Position numbers and translations under genes: made by a program. A stretch of DNA of 51,995 nt from Perkinsus olseni (taxonomy: Eukaryota): assembly GCA_013115125.1 (NCBI GenBank), contig JABANN010000035.1, positions 62,001-113,995 on the forward strand, given 5' to 3'. This document shows positions 12,599-24,300 of the stretch, in pieces. The number at the start of each line of letters is the position of its first letter. Position 1 is the stretch's first letter. The notes under the pieces are model-generated. The model did no database searches, was not told the origin of the DNA, and was given only the letters and a program-made list of their open reading frames with translations.

Positions 12599-13936
12599 TT
12601 GGAGTGGTATCGGAATTTTACTTTCAGGGAGAGTGTCTACCAAGGCGACGCTTTGGATGATACAGAGTATCTGCTGTTTAATAATAGAATCACCACATCT
12701 GACAAGCCCACCTCGGATTCCCCTAAGGCCGCTTCCATAGATCCCGAAGGTCTCATTTTTGGCGCTATGAATTGGAGCGATCACGAGAGGGAGAAGGTGG
12801 GTGAAGCAGCAGTGTTATTGAGACCCTATCCCTGTGTATCAGATACTACCCATGGTGAGTAAGGAAGAGTACACAGTACGAGTGAATAAGGACGTCAGCG
12901 TTCTAGTACGGGTTCGGACACTCTGTCTGTCCTCTCACGTATGCCCGGATAAGATCTCCCGTCGCGTTGCTGGTGGAAGTGGCTCGGCGAGCCAAAGATT
13001 GTACAGGTTTGAGAATCGCCCGTGTATCCTAGCGTTGCATGATCTGGGTGATGAGAGGTCGACCTGGCTGCAGTGGATGCGCCTGGTTGTGGATATCTTT
13101 AAAGAGGGTATCCTCGATATCATCATGCTCGAGGTCGACGCGTGGCGGAAAGATTCCTCCCTTTGGTTCGCCTACTTACCTATTATACTTTCTCACCTTC
13201 TGAGGCACTTGGGCGTCGAAAAGACTCACGTACTAGCCGACGGTTTCGGTAGTGGCTGTTTCATAAGATGCCTGACGCAATGGTGGGCTCATGATGATGC
13301 CGAGGCCCTCAAGATCTTCTCGAGGACAACTCATCTCCTTCATAACTGCGACTATCCTCAATCCATCAGTCTGGGTGACGGCCGGTGGGTTGAAGTTTTG
13401 CGGCGCGCGGTCGAGGAGAGCGAGCTGCAACTGTGGTTGACTTGGCAAGATTCCGTCCATCCGTCGAAAGTGACACGAACGCGCTCAAGCGTTCGAAATC
13501 GCATGACCATGCTGCATAGCTCTCTCACTGGGCTGGCTGAGGAGCTCCGCCGTCAGCGACGGATCTACGAGCTGGACTTCGACCCGATCATTGTGAGCGA
13601 AGTTCCGTCATCGGCGATGCGGACTGAAGTTGTGGGAAGCTCAGCAGGGAAAATATCTAAAACAACTTTCGTCAACTTGATCGATCTTGACGAGTTTGCT
13701 GAGTCGGTGAGGGAGTTTTTCCGAGAAGGGGAGAGGACGGGGATGCGGCTCACGAGAGAGTGTTTCCGGGAGGACCTCTTCATTAACGCCGAAGTGTTCG
13801 GAGCGATCAATCGGATTGTCAACGAGGTATGAGGTTGTTGGGCGGCGGAGTTACGTGTAATTGTATTCTGAAGGTTCCTGACGGAGGGGCCATTTTACCA
13901 GCATTACTGCCAGAGGAAGAGAAGAGAAAGCGGTAG
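12599..13936 (+). CDS. Alpha/beta-hydrolase-fold protein lacking the catalytic Ser; 5' end uncertain
   Basis: RPCILALHDLG resembles the beta3/oxyanion HG region. HLGVEKTHVLADGFGSG aligns to the consensus LGIEKVHLVGHSMGG. A likely short last exon VPDGGAILPALLPEEEKRKR* ends at 13936. Confidence 0.55.
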
Positions 13937-14612
13937 TATTGGTGGAATGGGCCAGGGGTTGTCCATAATCCGGATAATAATCAATTGGCGAAGGTTCGAT
14001 CCCTTGCGAGGACGCATTTCGATCTGCTCTCTTGAATTATCATCATCTCGTTATATTGGGGGGAAGTCCGATGGTCTGCCTCGTCGTTAGCCAGGAAATG
14101 GCTGGATGGCCTCAGGTTCCCTCCGCAGCCTAGCGCTAGAGCGTTGGCTCTTGAAAGGCAGAGGACCGAGGCGACGAAGAGATGTAGTATGACACAGCCA
14201 ATCCTGGTCGCTCCTGCGCTGGTCCAAGTCAATCGCAGCTCTCACTTCTATCGTCGGGGCCGAGCACGCAGCAGTCTTGTTAACTGTGCTGTTGTCGTTC
14301 AGTGGTGAAGAAGAAAGAAGTTGAGTCGGAGCTGAGGGGGTTGGCGGAGGACTATGAAGGGGAAAGATCTCTTCTTAGACATGTAGTACTTCTAACCCGT
14401 ACGCGAACCCATATAAGCCACCGAAGGTCCTTTATGCGGCGTAAGGAATCTTGTAGCGGTTTCTTGCCTGTGCGCTAGATATTTCTCGAGTGGTGTGGGC
14501 GGCGGAGGTTCTCCATTCTCCTCATTTACGCTGTAATTTCCGAAAAGTCGTTCGCCTGGTTGGGGCTCGTATCATCGATGGGCTAATCGCCACATAGGTG
14601 CTCACCAAGTCG

Positions 14613-15458
14613 ATGGAAACTGCGGAGTTGGAGGAGAGGAGGCGCTTGCGACGGGAAAACACCAGAAGCCTCACAGACGCCAGGGTCGATGACACCAGGT
14701 GACCTGCACACAATTCGGGTGCACTCAGAATGCTGACAGGGCAGGTCGAGCAGGGTTCCTCTTAGGCGGGATTAGCCAGCGCACTACCGGCGAGTGGCGC
14801 GAGGAAGCTCACGCGTATCTTAGGTTGAAGAAGGAGATAAATGGGTAGTTCTCTGCTTAGGGGTCTTAGCATGCTTACCAATTTACCATGTTACCTGCAA
14901 GAGTGGCTTATCGTGCATCATATTCTTTTCGTTGGCTTCGGGCTTGCGACGTTCTCCTTGGCTGCTACAGTTGGTATCACAGTGGACTTTAATAATAATG
15001 ACAGCCATCAACGCAGGGAAGTGGATCTGCTTCGGCATAGACGATCTCAAGAAGTTCCAAAGTCTTCCAGAGTGCAGCAAGAAACCCAAGAATTTTCCAG
15101 CCCTCATCGACAAGGACAACAATGAGTCACCATTATTAGGGAGTACTAGGGGGGAGGGTCGGCCTGCTGGTAGGTGGCGGGCAGCAGAGGCGATAGGCTC
15201 TCCTGTTACGAGTAGTCGTTGGTGTGGGAAATTTCCGTGAGGCTCGGGTTCTACTGCGCGAGAGATTGGGCCACAGAGTCCCTGGTTGCAATCACTGTAC
15301 TCGCCGCGCTGTTGAGTTTGTCTGGGATTAGTCAGCTATGTATGGGAAGATATCTTTCTGTTTCAGCTTATCGAGGAGATCAGCGTAGAGGTGGCGGACA
15401 AGGCAGTGGTGGTCGTCCTAGAGGGACCAGCACAATGGCATCCGGATGGACGGGGTAA
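14613..15458 (+). CDS. Hypothetical small membrane protein, multi-exon
   Basis: Exon-like pieces METAELEERRRLRRE, WLIVHHILFVGFGLATFSLAAT (TM-like), GKWICFGIDDLKKFQSLPEC and SLVAITVLAALLSLS (TM-like), flanked by GT/AG. Confidence 0.4.
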
Positions 15459-15664
15459 TAATGCCGTCCTAGCCTCTTCCCTTATGCGCTGGTCATCACA
15501 TCAGTAGTGTCTGGGTTCTAAGGGTTTCTGTAAGGAATTGTAGCACATTTCTGCGCTTTTACTATCACTTCGAAGCTCGCGTCTTCACTAGTGGGTCTCC
15601 CATCTCCTTACAATCTAAATACTCGGCGCACTCTTGTCATTTCCTTACCATCTCAGTGACCATC

Positions 15665-17817
15665 ATGAGCGTGCGGGGGCTCGGGAAGTGGGCAAACCAG
15701 GCCAGTGGAGGTACGTGGGGCCAAGGAGTTGTGGTTGTCCGTTTTTAATACCATTTTTCCACGACTTCGAGTGATCGCCATCCTTGGGGACAGACTCATC
15801 AATGGCGTGCGTTCCTGCAGTAGACCAGGCGTTGAGCTGCGGTTGTTATTCTCACGGGAGATCCGGTGAGCGGTCGGAGGAGAGTTGGGCGTTTTGTGGT
15901 ATCTCAGAGATGGGGAAGAAGACAGAGCGGGCGATAAGCATCATCATCAGCGAGGTGCTCGGAGGTAGTATCTTGGAGAATCTTTGTACTGCGCAAAGGA
16001 TGGTGGTACGAATGTTTAGAGATGATGACCGTGGGGGTCGATACTCCAGTGGTTATCCAACTACTGCTGGTAAAGGTCGAAAGGGTGGGGGAGGCCGGTA
16101 GTACACTGGGCGCGGCCAGGCACACCTCTCAATGGCCCATCTCGCTCACCTAGCTCACTTTAAATATATCGTGCGCAGTGCGCCATACCACTCTTTTCGC
16201 AACTTTCGGATCTTCCTAGGGTACCCTTTCTTGTCTCAGGGACGCCACTCCACCAAGCAGTCCTCAAACTGGCGGTCTCGGCCGAGGGGATTCTGGCCGG
16301 AAGCCTCTGCCGACCATTGGTGGAGGCGGTCTGGATCAATTCACGTTGGGTGATATAAGGAAGGCTGAGAAAACCCTGGAGAAGGTAAGGGCTGTTTCTT
16401 ATCGGCGTTAGCGGAGGAAAAGCTTCTTTCTGCAGTCCCATATGAGTCTGGGTCAGTACGCTCGTAAAGTGGCGCAAGGAGAGATCACTAAGACGGCAGA
16501 TGAGGAGGACGCCAAGTAGGGGGGGGCAGATTCTAACCTTATCCGTATCTTGCACGGGTGGAGCTTGGATTCCTGTTTTTCTCTCAGTAAACTGCTTGAT
16601 GATGACGATGGTTTCTTCGCGAGTGAGATTCCGGACGGTCAGGATGACGGAGGGAGGATGGCGAAGTGGCTCAAACCGACCGAAGGGAGCTCGGGCCCGC
16701 CGATGGTAATCTGGTCGGAGAAGTCAGTTCGCTGGTTTCGGGTATCGTATTTCACAAGCCTGGGGGAAATGGGGAACCGTCGTGAGGAGGGTGACACTGA
16801 AGTTCTTGGCGATAGCAATCGGGAGTCGTGTCTGCTATTTGCAAGATTTGTGGATGTTGTGGTATTGATTGTAATTATTTTCAGCCCCAACCCCATTTGC
16901 CGGCGGGCGCCAAGACTCTTGAGGAATTGGAAGCTTCTCAGAGGCAGAAACGACAACAGCGCGCTGCAGCGGAATCTTCGAGGATGCACGGCCGAAACCA
17001 ACAAAGTGTTGGACAGGTCAGTAGTATCAGCAGCAGCATCCGCTATAATTTCGTGGCGCGCGGTCACATGTCTGACGAATTTCCGATAAATGTCCTTTAT
17101 CTTTCATTCCTATTGGCCCAGCCTTCTCGTTATAAAATTCTCATCCGAACGATGGTCTGCTGCCGCAGGGCTTGCTGTCGCTACCCGTGGGTGGATGTCA
17201 AAGTCCTTTACTATCAGGGGAGCAATCAGGCTGGCCTGCAGCTTCTCTCAATGCTCCACTCAAAAGGCGGTGCTCAACAACAGCAGCAGAAGCAGCAGCC
17301 GACGCCTAGGCTGTCCTCAGCAGTACCCCCACCTCCACCGGTAGGGGTGAGGGCTCCTCCACCACCCCCTCCTCCGCCGCAGTACCGTCCACAAGCACCA
17401 CAGGTTGGACAGGGGCAGCGTGGGACCGTCTGGTCATGATGGTTTCTCAGGCCCCACAGCAGGCTCCTCAGGCTAGGTTCTCGACGCAGCAGGTTATCGA
17501 TCTGTTGCAGCAGGGGAGGCAGCAGCAGGAGGCTCAGAAGGCCAGGCAGCAACAAATTGAGAATCTGTTGTTACTGCAGCAACAGCTGGCTCGGGTGAGC
17601 TGGCTGCGACTCGAATGGTGGCGCGCGCCATGAAATTGTGGGTAGGCTCGAGCGCGTCAGGAGCAGACAGGACAGCAGATCACCCCCACGCCGAATATGA
17701 TGGCGTTGTTGGAGCAGCTGCAGAGACGACAGGTGAGACAGGGAGTCTCTCGCGACTGGTTTTTCTCGGAAGTGAACTGGGTGACAGGCCCAACGCCAGC
17801 AACAACAGCAACAGCAA

Positions 17818-17848
<31 letters not shown>

Positions 17849-18236
17849 AACGGCAGCAGATGTTGGCCTCCGCCATTGCCCAGCAACGAGCCGCTCAACA
17901 CCAACAGCAAGCGCATCAGTCGAATGCTTACCCTCAGCAGCAGCAACAACAACAACAGTAGGCATCCTGGGGGAGAGTGGCGGCGTTCGAGTGGTCTACA
18001 TCTTCAGGATCGACCCTGCCCTGCTGGCCCGTTTACAGCAGCAACAAGCTCAGTTGAGGATGCAGCAACAACAACAACAGCCGCAACAACAACCGCAGTG
18101 GAACCCACAGGTAGGAACAAAGGACTTAGCGCTCGCCCCAGTGATCGATTGTGGCCCTCTCTTTTTTCAGCAACCTCAGTCCAACTACAGTACTCCACCG
18201 AATGAGCAGGATGCCGAGCAGTGTAACCAGCAGTAG
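15665..18236 (+). CDS. Low-complexity Gln/Pro/Gly-rich protein ending in CNQQ (CaaX-like); start uncertain
   Basis: In-frame exons: DQFTLGDIRKAEKTLEK, AKTLEELEASQRQK, GLQLLSMLHSKGG, QVIDLLQQG, a poly-Q exon, IDPALLARLQQQQ and a final EQDAEQCNQQ* (stop at 18236). Confidence 0.6.
17797..17850 (+). repeat. Coding CAG/CAA trinucleotide repeat (about 18 Gln)
   Basis: Mixed CAG/CAA run in frame after the AG acceptor (AQR-Qn-RQQMLASA). Confidence 0.9.
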
Positions 18237-18386
18237 ATGGCGGTGGCGGCGGTCTCGGGATTGTCGCTTTCGTGAATGGAGCACTGCTGCTAGGTGGAGC
18301 CATTTTCCTCTAGTTGGAGGGGACCTGGAGTTGGGTTGTTAATGGAGTGGTGATGGGAATCTTAGGTTGATGCATGCAGTTGACAG

Positions 18387-21300
18387 ATGTCTGACGAAGT
18401 TGGGAGCGAGAAGCCGCATGTGGGATGGGAAATTGAAAAAATGACGGAATCGATCGAAACGACGCATCAGAACATTCAAAGTTTGAAAACGAAAATTGCC
18501 GGTGTTGTCGGCGGACTGAGTCAAATAAGGCTAGCGGTCTCCCTAGCTATACCGCCAGCGGGTGAGGAACGCTTCTTCGTGTCATCACCGTGGATCCGTG
18601 AGGAGTGTGTAGGTGACAGAAAAGACGGTTTCAAAAGGCTTGACGCGGAAGTTGCTAGGCGACGGTTGGAGCAGCTAAGGAAGGACATCGCTGACTACAA
18701 GGCTCAGGTGCCGGCCCACTCCTCCCAGTGGTGGTGATTGCCCTGGTGGGTAGGTCTATGAGTTGGCGGAAACTAGCGATGACAAGAAGCGTCTTCGAGG
18801 GAGTCTGAGGCGGAAAACCGCAGTGGATGATAAAACCAAGCCTTTGTGGGTTGATGAGCCGCTCTGGGTATGGTATCAGCTGGTGTGCAGGTTCGAGAGG
18901 TTGGGAGGGGCCGCTGACATCGGCTCTGCTGTGGACCTCGTCTACGACAAGGCACTTGCTGATCCCCGTGAGAGGGCGTTAACTCAGAGGGCTCTTGGTC
19001 TCTAAGACTAGACGAAAGCGGCGGCGGCAAGACCATCTTCTACGCTAGGGGACGGTCTCTCCGCGACTTGCCTTCTCACGTTGTTTCTTGCATCGGCCTG
19101 AGTGCCCTCGAGGTAGAGGGCCTCACTCTCGTCTATGCGAAGGTACACGAGCATACTTCGATAAGGCCCAGAAGAAAATGAGCCAGATTCGAGAGCGCAT
19201 GCAAACCTTCGTCGTGAGCTACGTGGGAGGCCCGGCGAACTATCAGGAGGAGGATCTGAAACCGGTAGGCTACTGCCAACTGGAATGGGTTGGTGCCGGG
19301 CGTCATGATGATGATGAACTACTGTTGTGACCCCACGGTTGGTGAACCCGACATGATAGACGTAGAATTGATATAATGACCTTTTTCATTCATGTGGATA
19401 TAATATTCATACTTATGAATAATAATGAAACTAAAGTACTTATTTTTTTCAATTATTGCATCATAATAACCAAACCCTTGAATAATAATACGCCTAGCTA
19501 GTAATGATGTTACGGCAGCTATACTTATGATAACTGACCCAACCATTCCTAGTTCAGCGTAAGACAATAAACGGAGACAGCGTCCGTGGACGAGATGCCA
19601 CAGTTGGCCGAGACAAAACAATAGTGAGGTCAGGTCCACTACAATATGAATATCATGGACTTCCACTTTGACGCCATGCTTGAACACTTCAATGCTGCCC
19701 TCCTGGAGATGGGCGTTCATTCCGAGGCCATCGCGGACTTCCTTCAACTTTTGGGGAGAATCCGCAAATACATAACGACCGGGAGTGTGTTTCCTCTACG
19801 CACTCCGGAGGAGTAGGTGGAGGTGTGGTAGGCACGGTGCGGATGGCGCTGGCTCGAAAGGCCGCTGAGCACGGCAGGGACGAGATGTTCCTCAACCTGG
19901 CCGAGAGCGAAGGGATTGCCAAGATCATGAGTCGAACGTGAGCATCCTGCTCTCGGCCTGCCTGGGGTTGTTCTATTCAGCGCACAGGTACGATATGGTA
20001 CAAGTGGATGACCGCCTTCGAAGCGTCTTTAAGGGGAAGGACATGGACGCTATCAGGCAGCAACAGACATTGTGAGTGACTCTGTCGTTTCTACTTGGCA
20101 GTATTAATAAAATCACGGATGATAAATGCTTGGGCGTTTTTCACGAGTTCGTTGATGTTCTTCCTATCTATATGTTAGTTGCTCATCACCTTCATGCGTA
20201 TCTTCTACATCCTGTTGTGACTTTTGGTACGATGATGGCTTTTTATGGTATCGACTCACGCATGCACAACACGATCGGCGCATAATGAGTAGCACTTTCC
20301 CCTCCGATAGATGAGCTGATGATGATGCCACTGATAGTAAAACGAACTTGACACTGATGTCTTTTCACTTGAATGATAATATATTGAATATTAAGTATAT
20401 GGTTATACTTATCCTGAGTTCCATGTGTTTCTCACCGTGTGTTATGAAATCATTCATGCAGTCTGGTCGAAAGAAGGTGTCCAGAGCTTATCTTGAGCAT
20501 TGAAGCTGAAAATATCCTGATAAGGATATTGGAGCGAGCCCGGTCTGGATTCGACGAAGGTTGAACCCTCAGAGAAGCGTAGTCCGTCATGAGAGGGTTC
20601 TGACCATGATGGTTCTCATGACCGTTCTCCGTTCATTTCAATCCACCCTCCTCCCCCCAGATATCTAAGTACCCCTCCAGTGTGTTCGTTATACTGTAGT
20701 CCGGTGGACTACATGAATATGATAATATTGACAATGCCTAAAATTAATTCTAATATTTTCTTTGTGAATCGCATTGACGGCGTGGTAAGTGACACTACGC
20801 TCATTGTTAGTACTCCTTTGGTAGGTACATGTGTGAGCTGTTAGGAGGCCCTAGGATGTACGAAGGAAGAGGTATGCTGGAAATACACGAAAACCTGAAG
20901 ATAAACGATTATTTATTCGACTGTTTCGTTATGGACGCTGACCGTGCATTACACAGTGAGTTGGCGCGGTCGGAGGAATCTTAGGTTGAAGCGTGCTGGA
21001 TATCCATCAGGTTTGAATATGACTGAAGAGCTGCATGACATTGTCATCTCTATGATGGAAGAACAACGGAAATATGTCGTGAAAGGCCACAACAAGGCGG
21101 ACACGCAGCGATTGGTGGAGGGCAAAACGGTAACGGAAACTCTCGACCAGTCTTTTTTTTGTATCTTGCCGCTTTCTCAGATTCTCGACCGCATCGGAGG
21201 CGAGTTGAACGTCGAAGCTGTCGTGGAGACAATGTAAATAAATCGTCAATACCGCTCAGTTCTCACGAAATCGAAATTTACAAGAATTCTCGGAAAATCT

Positions 21301-24300
21301 TTATTCCGCTTTCAAGCAAGTTGCTTAAGAAAATTTCCCAGGAGGCCAATCCATCTTGAATCATGCTGCGCTGACGGCAGTCTCGGCTTTCTCGGTGATC
21401 ATCGACCGATCGACCGTCTATTGTGTGTGATAGGTACTTCGGAGCTGAGCGAGATCCGAGGATAAAGTTCTTCTTCTTTCTAGACAAGGATAAGCTAGCA
21501 ACAGTGAAGCGCAGAGTCACAGACTTCCTCTGCGGTGCTCTCGGCGGCCAGTCGACGTGAGCGGTCCTCAACGCTTTCCCGAGGCTGATCGGAAGCTCTG
21601 GCAGGATTGACGTGAATATCGTGAGAGCTGTGCATTACCCGATGAATATTGGTGACCATCAATTCGACGCTCTGGTGGAGAATCTTTCGACCTCGATGGA
21701 GCTGATGGAGGTGGACCCCGACGTCAAGGGTGATGTCCTTGATGTGGTCAGCCATGTAAGTCCCATGCTACCACTGCGTGAGTTGAGAACGTCACCTTTC
21801 AGTTGAGAGGGGAGATCACAGCGGGGGCCACGAGCAGGCTAGAGATCGCCCGAAGGAAAACGGAGTCTGCTGGTGAGGCGTCTCTCGACGAACCATTCCT
21901 CCAGGGCCTTCGTCGTTCAGGGACAGATGGCCTGTACAAGACCTTGGGCGGCGACGCTGGTATCGTTCAATTCGTGGACGAACTGTGAGTTGCTTCTTCA
22001 CGCCTGGGAGCTCGCCCCACTCATTTGTTCAACTCTGAGGCTTCGTATACATCTTTGGGTGGTCGGTGGGGCTCAGAGTGATTTAGGATAGCTCATGAAT
22101 CTCATCGCAGCTTCTGAAGGCGGGCGGAACCTGTCTTTGGCCTGCTGTGGTTTGAAGGCTTGAATCGATTCAGTATCTTGAAATCACCCTTGCTTTGCAT
22201 GGGTCAACTCCTTGCCATGATATCTCAAGGTACAAGATATGCCTTCTCGACGATCGCATCAAGATGTTCTTCCAAGGCAGCAAGCTCGACGCGGTGAAGG
22301 CAGCCCAGACCATCTTCATGCAGCAGTTGCTCGGCGGAGCTGTCGAGTGAGCATCGCCCGCACCACCACCATTCAACTGCCAAGAACATGACGAGCTTCC
22401 CTCTTGTCGTCGTCACGCTGTCATCAACTCTTCCTCGATTCCTCGTTGCTTGCGCTTCCGTTCCCCATCCCGAAAGACTTCTCGCAGTACTGCTATCCGT
22501 CAGGTACACCGGACGCGAGCTGAAGCGGATCCATCAGACGCTTCTCATTCAAGACTGGCAGTTCGATGCCTTCTTAGATAACGCTCGGAAGGCTTTAGCT
22601 TCGCTCGAGTAGGCCATCTCTCTAAAACGATCGAACGCTGCCTCCCTCAGTACTGATAGTGATACCACTGATGAGTGCACGGTTCTGATGGAAACTACAC
22701 GTCTAGTGAGTCCTTGATGTGAGCACACCCTCAGAGCCTCCTCTGTCTCAGGAAGTGGTTTCCGCTGTGAACCGACAGTTCGACGTGAAACGGATGATAC
22801 AGGACGCCCATCGGAAGCCTCTTTACGAAAGGGTTGGAGGGGAAGTTAGTAGGTCGCAGCTGTATAAGATTCTCTAAGAGTATCACTGGTACTTTACCTC
22901 AGCAATTGCGAGGCTGTGCGACTCGATGTACACGGCTGCGCTGGAGGATGATCGACTAAGGTTCTTCTTCGAGAAGAACAAGGCCAAGGTCAGCTCTGCC
23001 TGCCTCCCCAGGCTTCAACCCAATATATTCTTGACTCCATCGCTCGGTGGTGCGATGAACCATTGGCTGGGGAGTCCAGGTTGTCCCTTCGGGCGTTATT
23101 CAACATACTGTTGGAAATTGTGCTCAAGTCAATAGTGCCACACACAGTGGGCGTAGAATCACTGCGATAATAGGGCGTCGAGAGTTCACTAGTGGCGATT
23201 GTGCATGGCATTGGGTGGGGATCAGGAGAGGAAATGTAGCTGTCTGCGTGTTGTTACCATCTTTCCTTCGTCGTCAGGTCCAATCTATCAAGAAGAAGAT
23301 GACTCAGTTCATCTGCGGTGCCATCGGTGGTGAGTCAGCTCACGTCCTCGTCGATTCAGGCGTCCGTACTCGTCTCGCCTTCCTTTCTGCAATCACTCCT
23401 GTGGTGGAACGTTTCAGCTATGCATACAATTACGGTCGTAAAATGGGATGGTCCCTCCCACCGTTGATACTACTATGCCGTATTTGATGCGGCGTTGACC
23501 CGCGCATTCGTCAGGTCCGTCGACTTACGACCCGGCGGATCTGCGACCAGCCCATTACTCGATGAACATCGCCTCACACCATTTCGATGTCATGCTATCT
23601 TTTATCAAAGAGGTGAACGACAGGGGGGGGGGCTGCCGTTGCTGAAGTCATGGGATATGTCTTCCATTAGATCCTCAAAACCGAGCTGGAGCTTGACAAG
23701 GCGGATGTGAGGGAGGTCCTCAGGGCTCTGCAACCCGTTAGAGGAGATATTATTAATGGATGTAAGCCGGTGGGATTCATACCACATTTCCCCCTAATCA
23801 TCAATTTATCGCTCTTTTCGCTATTCCATCGCTCCACAACTCAGCAGTGGTTTTCAAGGAACGCCAGTCTCTCCTGTGAGGAAGGGCGAGCGACTGGTAC
23901 GACTCTCCAGATACTGTCCGGTCGGAGATAGCTCGACGGTCTACGGACAACGGCCTCGACCAGATGTTCCTCAGAGTTGGTGAGAATTCGCCATTGGCGT
24001 CGCTGCGCCAGAAGTGATTACTGGCAGGCGAATCGGAAGGCGTCACGAGAATCGTCAACTCACTCTTCTCGATCCTCGCCACGGACGCACGGATAAAACG
24101 CTTCTTCAAGCCAGAGAAGCGAGACCAGCTGAAGCAAGGCGTCACCGTCTTCCTCGTGGACAGGTTCGGTGGGCCTAAGAACTACCAAGGTGGTTCAAGT
24201 CCGCGGGTCCCACTTCCTCGAATTGGGTTCTCACAGGTCGCGATCTCACAGCAGCCCACGAAGGCCTCGGCATCACCGACTACCACTTCGATGCATTCGT

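Noticed and set aside
17571-18303. ORFs with poly-Cys, poly-Leu, poly-Ala/Thr or poly-Ser/Asn
   Set aside because: Alternative frames and strands of the CAG/CAA repeat. Splice sites support only the poly-Gln frame.
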